From assembly GCF_035084215.1 (NCBI RefSeq), contig NW_027139268.1:62001-126000 (forward strand): DNA of 64,000 nt, given 5' to 3'. Shown here in pieces: positions 38,913 through 52,108 of this stretch; position 1 is the first letter of the stretch; each line of letters opens with the position of its first letter. The position numbers and the translations under genes are program-made. The notes beneath the pieces are model-generated. The model saw nothing but the letters and a program-made list of their open reading frames with translations, was not told the origin of the DNA and ran no database searches. This DNA is from Heptranchias perlo. Its lineage: Eukaryota.

Positions 38913-40863
38913 AGGGGAGAGAGTGGGACAGTGGGATTAGTTTGGGATTGATACAGGGCTATGGGGAGAGAGTGGGACAGTGGGATTAGTTTGGGATTGA
39001 TACAGGGCTATGGGGAGAGAGTGGGACAGTGGGATTAGTTTGGGATTGATACAGGGCTATGGGGAGAGAGTGGGACAGTGGATTAGTTTGGGATTGATAC
39101 AGGGCTAAGGGGAGAGAGTGGGACAGTGGGATTAGTTTGGGATTGATACAGGGCTAAGGGGAGAGAGTGGGACAGTGGGATTAGATTGGGATTGATACAT
39201 GGCTATGGGGAGAGAGTGGGACAGTGGGATTAGTTTGGGATTGATACAGGGCTATGGGGAGAGAGTGGGACAGTGGGATTAGATTGGGATTGATACAGGG
39301 CTAAGGGGAGAGAGTGGGACAGTGGGATTAGTTTGGGATTGATACAGGGCTATGGGGAGAGAGTGGGACAGTGAGATTAGTTTGGGATTGATACAGGGCT
39401 ATGGGGAGAGAGTGGGTCAGTGGGATTAGTTTGGGATTGATACAGGGCTATGGGGAGAGAGTGGGACAGTGAGTTTAGTTTGGGAAATGATACAGGGCTA
39501 TGGGGAGAGAGTGGGACAGTGGGATTAGTTTGGGATTGATGCAGGGCTATGGGGAGAGAGCGGGGCAGTGGGATTAGTTTGGGATTGATACAGGGCTATG
39601 GAGAGAGAGTGGGACAGTGGGATTAGTTTGGGATTGATACAGGGCGAGTGGGAGAGAGTGGGACAGTGGGATTAGTTTGGGATTGATACAGGGCTATGGG
39701 GAGAGAGTGGGGCAGTGGGATTAGTTTGGGATTGATACAGGGCTATGGGGAGAGAGTGGGGCAGTGGGATTAGTTTGGGATTGATACAGGGCTATGGGGG
39801 GAGAGTGGGACAGTGGGATTAGTTTGCGATTGATACAGGGCTATGGGGGGAGAGTGGGGCAGTGGGATTAGTTTGGGATTGATACAGGGCTATGGGGAGA
39901 GAGTGGGACAGTGGGATTAGTTTAGGATTGATACAGGGCTATGGGGAGAGAGTGGGACAATGGGATTAGTTTGGGATTGATACAGGGCTGTGGGGAGAGA
40001 GCGGGGCAGTGGGATTAGTTTGGGATTGATACAGGGCTATGGGGAGAGAGTGGGACAATGGGATTAGTTTGGGATTGATACAGGGCTGTGGGGAGAGAGC
40101 GAGGCAGTGGGATTGATTCGGATTGGTACAGGGCTATGGGGAGAGAGTGTGGCAGTGCGATTAGATTCGGGATTGATACAGGGCTATTGGGAGAGAGTGG
40201 GGCAGTGGGACTAGTTTGGGATTGATACAGGGCTATGGGGAGAGAGTGGGACAGTGGGATTAGTTTGGGATTGATACAGGGCTATGGGGAGAGAGTGGGG
40301 CAGTGGGACTAGTTTGGGATTGATACAGGGCTATGGGGGGAGAGTGGGACAGTGGGATTAGATTGGGATTGATACAGGGCGATGGGGAGAGAGTGGGACA
40401 GTCGGATTAGTCTGGGAAATGATACAGGGCTATGGGGAGAGAGTGGGACAGTGGGATTAGTTTGGGATTGATACAGGGCTATGGGGAGAGAGTGGGACAG
40501 TCGGATTAGTCTGGGATTGATACAGGGCTATGGGGAGAGAGTGGGACAGTGGGATTAGTTTGGGATTGAGACAGGGCTATGGGGAGAGAGTGGGACAGTG
40601 AGATTAGTTTGGGATTGATACAGGGCTATGGGGAGAGAGTGGGTCAGTGGGATTAGTTTGGGATTGATACAGGGCTATGGGGAGAGAGTGGGTCAGTGGG
40701 ATTAGTTTGGGATTGAGACAGGGCTATGGGGAAGTGAGTGGGGCAGTGGGATTAGTTTGGGATTGATCCAGGGCTATGGGGAGAGAGTGGGTCAGTGGGA
40801 TTAGTTTGGGATTGATACAGGGCTATGGGGAGAGAGTGGGACAGTGGGATTAGTTTGGGATTG
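38913..40863. repeat. 49-bp minisatellite, ~40 units, gene B intron 2
   Basis: Same unit; flanked by CR1 remnants on both sides. Confidence 0.95.
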
Positions 40864-41562
40864 CTCCAGCATATAGCAGGCACCGACACGATGCTGTAAT
40901 GTCTCTGGTTCTATCTCTCACCAAGCTCTTTCCCATATCTTCTTCTCTCTCCCCGATTACTTCCCGATACTGGTGTTTTATGTTCATTTCTCACTCGTTG
41001 CCACCTCTCCTTATTTCCCTCTCCTTTTTGTCATTTCTCTATTTCCCCATTTATCTCTCTCTCTCTCCCCTCTCTCTCACTCACTCACCATTTCCCTCTC
41101 TCCATATTTTCCTCCATCCCCCGATATCTTTTATTTCCGAATTGGGAGAGTGGAATTTAAAAAATAGAGGCCCAGGCTGTGGGGATGGGGAAGGCCTCAG
41201 GAGCAGTGGCAGTCTCTATAAATCAAGGCCCAGGCTGTGGGGATGGGAAAGGCCGCAGGAGCACTGGCAGTCCCCATAAATAGAGGCTCAGGCTGTGGGG
41301 ATGGGGAAAGGCCGCAGGAGCACTGGCAGTCCCCATAAATAGAGGCCCAGGCTGTGGGGATGGGGAAGGCCGCAGGAGCTGGTAAAATATAGAACAGCCG
41401 ACGTAGTAACTATAAACCAGGAGGATGTGATGTGGGACTGGTCGGGAAAGTGGGAGCAGCTGGGATCAGAGAGCAAATTGACATCAAAAATAATTGATTC
41501 ATTCCCAGTAGACGGCCATTAAACAGGCCGTCAGTGGGAGATTCCTGTATCACTGATCTTAC

Positions 41563-41823
41563 CGGATGTCTTGTTCGTCCATTTCAATATTGTACTGAGA
41601 TTCTCCATCGTCACATCGTGACGCTTTTTCCGCTGACGATTGATATAATTCCATTGTTCCACATCGAAAGAGTCTGTTACGAACTGCTGTCTGGAAACCA
41701 CCTGCTGAGTGTCACTGTCATAATACGTTAACACAACTCCATTAACCATCGTCACACCCGCAAACTCAGGGCCATCCGTGTTGCCGGAAATTCCCGTGTA
41801 CACCACAGTGAAGGAATCAGAGT
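41563..41823 (-). CDS. MHC class I-like gene B, exon 2 (alpha1)
   Basis: 261 nt, open, GT-AG; paralog of 12336-12596 with 19 aa differences; N86 sequon NKT. Confidence 0.92.
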
Positions 41824-42732
41824 CTGTCAAATAAACAATTGAAGGGATGGGTTAATAAACATTGACAAACAGTACCAACTGATCAAAGTGAAGCCCATTC
41901 AGAGAGTGAAAATCTCCAGACGTCCACTGCATTATCTCAATGTCAGAATCCTGTCTGTATTATAAACAGGGGATCACTGCAGTGTAGGAGGTACAAGCAG
42001 TAGAGTTTTGGATGAGCTCAAGTTTACGGAGGGTGGAAGGTGGGAGGCCGGCCAGGAAAGCAATGGGATAGTCACGTCTAGAGATAGCAAAGGAATGGAG
42101 GAGGGTTTCAGCGGCAGAAGGGCTGAGGCAGGGGGGGAGACGGGCGATGTTACAGAGGTGGAAGTAGGTGGTAGAGCTGGGTGAGGTCAGTGTACATGCA
42201 GAACCTGACGTCTTGTCTTCAGATGATGTCGTCAAGAGGCAGCATGTAGATGAGAAATAAGAAGGGGCCCAGGATTGATCCTTGGAGGAATCCAGAGGTA
42301 ACGGTGTGGGAATGGGAATGGATGGGAAGAGAAGCCATTGCAGGATACTGTCCACGAGTGGATAGGCAAAAGGCTACAGAGAGGTGGAGAAGGATGAGGA
42401 GGGATAGTTCACCACGGTCACAGTCTCAGAGAATGTCATTTGTGACTTTGATAAGGGCCGTTTCAGTACTGTGAAAGAGACGGGAACCTGATTGGAGAGA
42501 TTCAAACATGGAGTTGCGGGAAAGATGGCCAGGGATTTGGGAATTGTAATCACACCAGGGAACATCGAGCAGATCTAAAAAAGCAACTGCAATCAGTACT
42601 GAAGAAAATGAGTCTTCAGACAAGACAACAGCCAGGCAGGCAGCAGAAAGTTCCTTTCAGTAACTGAGACTTTCAGAAACCAAGAGCTCCATTTAAATGT
42701 TTCTGCCTCAACTTTCTGGGCAACAATGGAAG

Positions 42733-44077
42733 GACAAAATTAGTCTCCACTTGGAGAAGCAAGGATTAATCAGGGATAGTCAACATGGCTTTGTCAAGGG
42801 AAGATCATGTCTGACTAATTTGATTGAATTTTTTGAGGGGGTGACTAGGCGTGTGGATGAGGGTAACGCAGTGGATGTGGTATACATGGATTTCAGTAAG
42901 GCCTTCGATAAAGTCCCCCACAGGAGACTGGTCAAGAAGGTATGAGCCCATGGAATCCAGGGTGCCTTGGCACTTTGGATACAAAACTGGCTTCGTGGCA
43001 GAAGGCAGAGGGTGATGGTCGAAGGTTGTTTTTGTGACTGGAAGCCTGTGGCCAGTGGGGTACCACAGGGATCGGTGCTGGGTCCCTTGCTGTTTGTGGT
43101 CTACATTAATGACTTGGATATGAATGTAAAAGGTATGATCAGTAAGTTCGCTGATGATACAAAAATTGGTAGGGTGGTAAATAGCGAGGAGGATAGCCTC
43201 AGTCTGCAGGACGATATAGATGGGTTGGTCAGATGGGCGGAACAGTGGCAAATGGAATTTAACCCAGAAAAGTGCGAGGTGATGCACTTTGGAGGGACTA
43301 ACAAGGCAAGGGAATACACAATGAATGGGAGGACCCTAGGCAAGACAGAGGGTCAGAGGGATCTTGGTGTGCAAGTTCACAGATCCCTGAAGGCGGCGGA
43401 ACAGGTAGATAAGGTAGTAAAGAAGGCATATGGGATACTTGCCTTTATTAGCCGAGGCATAGAATATAAGAGCAAGGAGGTTATGATGGAGCTGTATAAA
43501 ACACTGGTTAGGCCACAGCTGGAGTACTGTGTGCAGTTCTGGTCGCCACACTACAGGAAGGATGTGATTGCTTTGGAGAGGGTGCAGAGGAGATTCACCA
43601 GGATGTTACCAGGGCTGGAGCGCTTCAGCTATGAAGAGAGACTGGGAAGATTGGGTTTGTTTTCCTTGGAGCAGAGGAGGCTGAGGGGGGACATGATTGA
43701 GGTGTACAAAATTATGAGGGGCACAGATAGGATGGATACTAAGGAGCTTTTTCCCTTCGTTGAGGGTTCTATAACAAGGGGACAGAGATTCAAGGTAAAA
43801 GGCGGGAGGTTTAGATGGGATTTGAGAAAGAACTTTTTCACCCAGAGGGTGGTTGGAGTCTGGAACTCACTGCCTGAAAGTGTTGTGGAGGCAGGAACCC
43901 TCACAACATTCAAGAAGCAATTAGATGAGCACTTGAAATGCCATAGCATACAAGGCTACGGACCAAATGCTGGAATATGGGATCAGAGTAGACAGGGCTG
44001 ATGGCCGGCGCGGACACGATGGGCCGAAGGGCCTCTATCCGTGCTGGATAACTCGATGACTCCATGACTCAATGACT
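42733..44077 (+). mobile_element. 5'-truncated CR1 of a second family, gene B intron 1 only
   Basis: QHGF, DFSKAFD, PQGSVLGP, FADD, RPQLEYC motifs; (ACTCNATG)n tail; empty site ATGGAAG|AAAACAGAATC at ~14451. Confidence 0.94.
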
Positions 44078-44129
44078 AAAACAGAATCTGATTGGTTCAA
44101 ATCTGACCCTCCAAATGATCAGATTGCTT

Positions 44130-47100
44130 CACACCGACAATCCCCGATCACACCGACAATTCCCAATCACACCGACAATCTCCAATCACAACGACAATCC
44201 CCAATCACACCGACAATTCTCAATCACACCGACAATCTCCAATCACACCGACAATCCCCAATCACACCGACAATCTCCAATCACACCGACAATCCTCAAT
44301 CACACCGACAATCTCCAATCACACCGACAATCCCCAAACACACCGACAATCTCCAACCACACCGACAATCCCCAATCACACCGACAATCTCCAATCACAC
44401 CGACAATCCCCAATCACACCGACAATCCCCAATCACACCGACAATTCCCAATCACACCGACAATCTCCAATCACACCGACAATCCCCAATCACACCGACA
44501 ATTCCCAATCACACCGACAATCTCCAATCACACCGACAATCCCCAATCACACCGACAATCCCCAATCACACCGACAATCTCCAATCACACCGACAATCCC
44601 CAATCACACCGACAATCTCCAATCACACCGACAATCCCCAATCACACCGACAATCCCCAATCCCCAATCACACCGACAATCTCCAATCACACCGACAATC
44701 TCCAATCACACCGACAATCCCCAATCACACCGACAATCCCCAATCCCCAATCACACCGACAATCCCCAATCACACCGACAATCCCCAATCCCCAATCACA
44801 CCGACAATCTCCAATCACGCCGACAATCCCCAATCACACCGACAATCCCCAATCACACCGACAATCTCCAATCACACCGACAATCTCCAATCACACCGAC
44901 AATCCCCAATCACACCGACAATCCCCAATCACACCGACAATCCCCAATCACACCGACAATTCCCAATCACACCGACAATCCCCAATCACACCGACAATCT
45001 CCAATCACACCGACAATCCCCAATCACACCGACAATCTCCAATCACACCGACAATCCCCAATCACACCGACAATCCCCAATCACACCGACAATCTCCAAT
45101 CACACCGACAATCCCCAATCACACCGACAATCCCCAATCCCCAATCACACCGACAATCTCCAATCACACCGACAATCTCCAATCACACCGACAATCCCCA
45201 ATCACACCGACAATCCCCAATCCCCAATTACACCGACAATCCCCAATCACACCGACAATCCCCAATCCCCAATCACACCGACAATCTCCAATCACGCCGA
45301 CAATCCCCAATCACACTGACAATCCCCAATCACACCGACAATCTCCAATCACACCCACAATCCCCAATCACACCGACAATCCCCAATCACACCCACAATC
45401 TCCAATCACACCCACAATCCCCAATCACACCGACAATCCCCAATCACACCCACAATCTCCAATCACACCCACAATCTCCAATCACACCCACAATCCCCAA
45501 TCACACCGACAATCCCCAATCACACCGACAATCCCCAATCACACCGACAATCTCCAATCACACCGACAATCCCCAATCACACCGACAATCTCCAATCACA
45601 CCGACAATCTCCAATCACACCCACAATCCCCAATCACACCGACAATCCCCAATCACACCGACAATCCCCAATCACACCGACAATCTCCAATCACACCGAC
45701 AATCCCCAATCGCACCGACAATCCCCAATCACACCAACAATCCCCAATCCCCAATCACACCGACGATCCCCAATCACACCGACGATCTCCAATCACACCA
45801 ACAATCCCCAATCCCCAATCACACCCACAATCCCCAATCACACCGACAATCCCCAATCACACCGACAATCCCAAATCACACCGACAATCCCCAATCACAC
45901 CCACAATCCCCAATCACACCCACAATCTCCAATCACGCCGACAATCTCCAATCACGCCGACAATCCCCAATCACGCCGACAATCCCCAATCACGCCGACA
46001 ATCCCCAATCACGCCGACAATCCCCAATCACGCCGACAATCTCCAATCCCCAATCACACCCACAATCCCCAATCACGCCGACAATCCCCAATCACGCCGA
46101 CAATCCCCAATCACGCCGACAATCTCCAATCCCCAATCACACCAACAATCCCCAATCCCCAATCACACCCACAATCCCCAATCACACCGACAATCCCCAA
46201 TCACTCCAACAATCCCCAATCACGCCGACAATCCCCAATCACGCCGACAATCCCCAATCACGCCGACAATCCCCAATCACGCCGACAATCCCAAATCATA
46301 CCCACAATCCCCAATCACACCGACAATCCCCAATCACACCGACAATCTCCAATCACACCGACAATCTCCAATCACACCGACAATCTCCAATCACACCGAC
46401 AATCCCCAATCCCACCGACAATCCCCAATCCCACCGACAATCCCCAATCACACCGACAATCTCCAATCACACCGACAATCTCCAATCACACCCACAATCT
46501 CCAATCACGCCGACAATCTCCAATCACGCCGACAATCCCCAATCACGCCGACAATCCCCAATCACGCCGACAATCCCCAATCACGCCGACAATCTGCAAT
46601 CACACCGACAATCCCCAATCACACCGACAATCCCCAATCACACCGACAATCCCCAATCACACCGACAATCTCCAATCACACCGACAATCTCCAATCCCCA
46701 ATCACGCCGACAATCCCCAATCACGCCGACAATCCCCAATCACACCGACAATCTGCAATCACACCGACAATCCCCAATCACACCGACAATCCCCAATCAC
46801 ACCGACAATCTCCAATCACACCGACAATCCCCAATCACACCGACAATCCCCAATCACATCGACAATCCCCAATCACACCGACAATCTCCAATCACGCCGA
46901 CAATCCCCAATCACGCCGACAATCCCCAATCACGCCGACAATCCCCAATCACGCCGACAATCTCCAATCACGCCGACAATCTCCAATCACACCGACAATC
47001 CCCAATCACACCGACAATCTCCAATCACACCGACAATCTCCAATCACACCCACAATCCCCAATCACACCGACAATCCCCAATCACATCGACAATCCCCAA

Positions 47101-50100
47101 TCACACCGACAATCTCCAATCACGCCGACAATCCCCAATCACGCCGACAATCTCCAATCACACCCACAATCTCCAATCACGCCGACAATCCCCAATCACA
47201 CCGACAATCTCCAATCACGCCGACAATCTCCAATCACACCCACAATCTCCAATCACGCCGACAATCCCCAACCACGCCGACAATCCCCAATCACGCCGAC
47301 AATCCCCAATCACGCCGACAATCTCCAATCACGCCGACAATCCCCAACCACGCCGACAATCCCCAATCACACCCACAATCCCCAATCACACCGACAATCC
47401 CCAATCACACCGACAATCTCCAATCACACCGACAATCTCCAATCACACCGACAATCTCCAATCACACCGACAATCCCCAATCCCACCGACAATCCCCAAT
47501 CCCACCGACAATCCCCAATCACACCGACAATCTCCAATCACACCGACAATCTCCAATCACACCCACAATCTCCAATCACGCCGACAATCTCCAATCACGC
47601 CGACAATCCCCAATCACGCCGACAATCCCCAATCACGCCGACAATCCCCAATCACGCCGACAATCTGCAATCACACCGACAATCCCCAATCACACCGACA
47701 ATCCCCAATCACACCGACAATCCCCAATCACACCGACAATCTCCAATCACACCGACAATCTCCAATCCCCAATCACGCCGACAATCCCTAATCACGCCGA
47801 CAATCTCCAATCACACCGACAATCTCCAATCACACCCACAATCTCCAATCACACCGACAATCCCCAATCACGCCGACAATCTGCAATCACACCGACAATC
47901 CCCAATCACACCGACAATCCCCAATCACACCGACAATCTCCAATCACACCGACAATCTCCAATCACACCCACAATCCCCAATCACATCGACAATCCCCAA
48001 TCACACCGACAATCTCCAATCACGCCGACAATCCCCAATCACGCCGACAATCCCCAATCACGCCGACAATCTCCAATCACGCCGACAATCCCCAATCACG
48101 CCGACAATCCCCAATCACGCCGACAATCTCCAATCACGCCGACAATCTCCAATCACGCCGACAATCCCCAATCACGCCGACAATCCCCAATCACGCCGAC
48201 AATCCCCAATCACGCCGACAATCCCCAATCACGCCGACAATCCCCAATCACGCCGACAATCCCCAATCACGCCGACAATCCCCAATCACGCCGACAATCC
48301 CCAATCACGCCGACAATCCCCAATCACGCCGACAATCCCCAATCACGCCGACAATCCCCAATCACGCCGACAATCTCCAATCACGCCGACAATCCCCAAT
48401 CACGCCGACAATCTCCAATCACGCCGACAATCTCCAATCACACCGACAATCTCCAATCACGCCGACAATCCCCAATAACGCCGACAATCCCCAAACACGC
48501 CGACAATCCCCAATCACACCGACAATCCGCAATCACGCCCAGAATCCCCAATCACGCCGACAATCTCCAATCACACCCACAATCCCCAATCGCACCCACA
48601 ATCCCCAATCACACCAACAATCCCCAATCACACCCACAATCTCCAATCACGCCGACAATCTCCAATCACACCGACAATCTCCAATCACACCGACAATCCC
48701 CAATCACGCCGACAATCCCCAATCACGCCGACAATCCCCAATCACGCCGACAATCCCCAATCACGCCGACAATCTCCAATCACGCCGACAATCTCCAATC
48801 ACACCGACAATCTCCAATCACGCTGACAATCCCCAATCACGCCGACAATCCCCAAACACGCCGACAATCCCCAATCACGCCGACAATCCCCAATCACGCC
48901 GACAATCCGCAATCCCCAATCACACCGACAATCCCCAATCACACCGACAATCCCCAATCACACCGACGATCCCCAATCACACCGACAATCCCCAATCACA
49001 CCGACAATCCCCAATCACACCGACAATCTCCAATCACACCGACAATCCCCAATCACACCGACAATCCCCAATCACACCGACAATCTCCAATCACACCGAC
49101 AATCCCCAATCACACCGACAATCCCCAATCACGCCGACAATCCCCAATCACGCCGACAATCCCCAATCACACCGACAATCTGCAATCACACCGACAATCC
49201 CCAATCACACCGACAATCCCCAATCACACCGACAATCTCCAATCACACCGACAATCTCCAATCCCCAATCACACCGACAATCCCCAATCACACCGACAAT
49301 CCCCAATCACGCCGACAATCCCCAATCACGCCGACAATCTCCAATCACGCCGACAATCTCCAATCACGCCGACAATCTCCAATCACGCCGACAATCCCCA
49401 ATCACGCCGACAATCTCCAATCACGCCGACAATCCCCAATCACGCCGACAATCCCCAATCACGCCGACAATCTCCAATCACGCCGACAATCTCCAATCAC
49501 GCCGACAATCTCCAATCACGCCGACAATCCCCAATCACGCCGACAATCCCCAATCACGCCGACAATCCCCAATCACGCCGACAATCCCCAATCACGCCGA
49601 CAATCCCCAATCACGCCGACAATCCCCAATCACGCCGACAATCCCCAATCACGCCGACAATCCCCAATCACGCCGACAATCCCCAATCACGCCGACAATC
49701 CCCAATCACGCCGACAATCTCCAATCACGCCGACAATCTCCAATCACACCGACAATCCCCAATCTCCAATCACGCCGACAATCTCCAATCACGCCGACAA
49801 TCCCCAATCACTCCGACAATCTCCAATCACGCCGACAATCTCCAATCACGCCGACAATCTCCAATCACACCGACAATCCCCAATCACGCCGACAATCTCG
49901 AATCACACCGACAATCCCCAATCACACCCACAATCTCCAATCACGCCGACAATCCCCAATCACGCCGACAATCCCCAATCACGCCGACAATCCCCAATCG
50001 TGCCGACAATCCCCAAACACGCTGACAATCCCCAATCACACCGACAATCCGCAATCACACCCACAATCCCCAATCACGCCGACAATCTCCAATCACACCC

Positions 50101-50909
50101 ACAATCCCCAATCGCACCCACAATCCCCAATCACATCGACAATCCCCAATCACACCCACAATCCCCAATCACACCCACAATCTCCAATCACACCGACAAT
50201 CCCCAATCACACCGACAATCTCCAATCACACCGACAATCCCCAATCACAACGACAATCCCCAATCACACCGACAATCTCCAATCACACCGACAATCCCCA
50301 ATCACACCGACAATTCCGAATCACACCGACAATCCCCAATCACACCGACAATCCCCAATCACACCGACAATCCCCAATCACACCGACAATCCCCAATCAC
50401 GCCGACAATCCCCAAACACGCCGACAATCCCCAATCCCCAATCACACCAACAATCCCCAATCACACCGACAATCCCCAATCACACCGACAATCCCCAATC
50501 ACACCGACAATCCACAATCACACCGACAATCCCCAATCACACCGACAATCCCCAATCACACCGACAATCCCCAATCACACCGACAATCCCCAATCACACC
50601 GACAATCCCCAATCACACCGACAATCCACAATCACACCGACAGTCCCCAATCACGCCGACAATCTCCAATCACACCGACAATCCCCAATCACACCGACAA
50701 TCCCCAATCACACCCACAATCCCCAATCACAACCACAATCTCCAATCACGGCGACAATCCCCAATCACACCGACAATCCCCAATCACACCGACAATCCCC
50801 AATCACGCCGACAATCCCCAATCACGCCGACAATCCCCAATCACACCGACAATCCCCAATCACGCCGACAATCCCCAATCACACCGACAATCCCCAATCA
50901 CACCAACAA
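44130..50909. repeat. 19-bp minisatellite, ~355 units, gene B intron 1
   Basis: Same unit, longer array. Confidence 0.98.
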
Positions 50910-51804
50910 CTGTCCCAGTCGAAAAATATCATATTTCCTTTGTAAAACACTGAGAATCGAACCCACGTGTTCGCAGGTCGGGGTACGTAGTAGGAACAGA
51001 GGAATAAATGTCGGACAATGGCCTATTGAGCCTCCACTGAGATTTCTTGTTGCCATGGTTGCTGAAACTCTAATCCCAATTCCCTCTCCTTTCTCCATAT
51101 TCCTTAATGCCATTATTTCCAATGTAAACATCCCTCTCCTTGTTGCACACCCAGTGGATGTTGTTTGGACAGCAAGTCCCACATTGTCACACTGTTTGTG
51201 AGCAGTAAATTTTCTTATGATCACTTTTACTCAGCTCATCTCAAATGATGTCCTCTGTTAATANNNNNNNNNNNNNNNNNNNNNNNNNNNNNNNNNNNNN
51301 NNNNNNNNNNNNNNNNNNNNNNNNNNNNNNNNNNNNNNNNNNNNNNNNNNNNNNNNNNNNNNNNNNNNNNNNNNNNNNNNNNNNNNNNNNNNNNNNNNNN
51401 NNNNNNNNNNNNNNNNNNNNNNNNNNNNNNNNNNNNNNNNNNNNNNNNNNNNNNNNNNNNNNNNNNNNNNNNNNNNNNNNNNNNNNNNNNNNNNNNNNNN
51501 NNNNNNNNNNNNNNNNNNNNNNNNGAGAGAAAGAAAGACACACACTCAGAGATAGAAAGAGACAGAGAGAGAGACAGAGAGAGAGTGATGAGGAGAGAGA
51601 GATATGGAGAGCAAAAAATACAAAGCTGGACAGACAAAGTGAGCTCTCCCCTGTGAGTGCAATATACCGACACACATTCCCCGCACTCACAGACAGTCCC
51701 ACCCCCAGGAAAATCGCAGGGAATTTCCTGCCCAGACCCTGAGCTGGAGAAGTGAAAGTGGCAGAGAAAGAGAGTGAGATTGGAAGGATGAATTCTGTAC
51801 TTAC

Positions 51805-51856
51805 CGGGAGAGACCCGGGAAAAACACAGGGATATGGAGAAAAGGATCAGCAGCAT
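51805..51856 (-). CDS. MHC class I-like gene B, exon 1 (leader)
   Basis: Same 52-nt exon and G|GTAAGT donor as gene A. Confidence 0.88.
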
Positions 51857-52042
51857 TCTGGGAATCCACGGCCTCTATTCCAATCAGTGACTGGGAATAA
51901 AATACTCAGAGAGGGACCGATCGAGCGTTTATTGACTGAACAAAACACAAACAAAACAAGAATCTCTCAGACTCCATTTTACTGTTTATCTCAAACTTTC
52001 TTCACTTCCTTGAACTCAAAGTGCAGAGTCTGAGGGTCAATG

Positions 52043-52108
52043 ATTGGGTATTTTACAGAAATAGAACCAATTAAATGGAGAAACAGTCACCAGTCACCAG
52101 TTACCAGG
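52043..52108 (-). promoter_or_regulatory. Gene B promoter: X1/Y/CCAAT module
   Basis: Identical to the gene A module, offset +32288. Confidence 0.65.

Noticed and set aside
38913-40863. Interstitial telomeric repeat
   Set aside because: The unit is 49 bp and does not contain tandem TTAGGG
44115-50945. 2276-aa and 1089-aa (14416-17685) mucin-like ORFs
   Set aside because: They are translations of a 19-bp repeat that is stop-free in all three plus frames, and they lie antisense within intron 1
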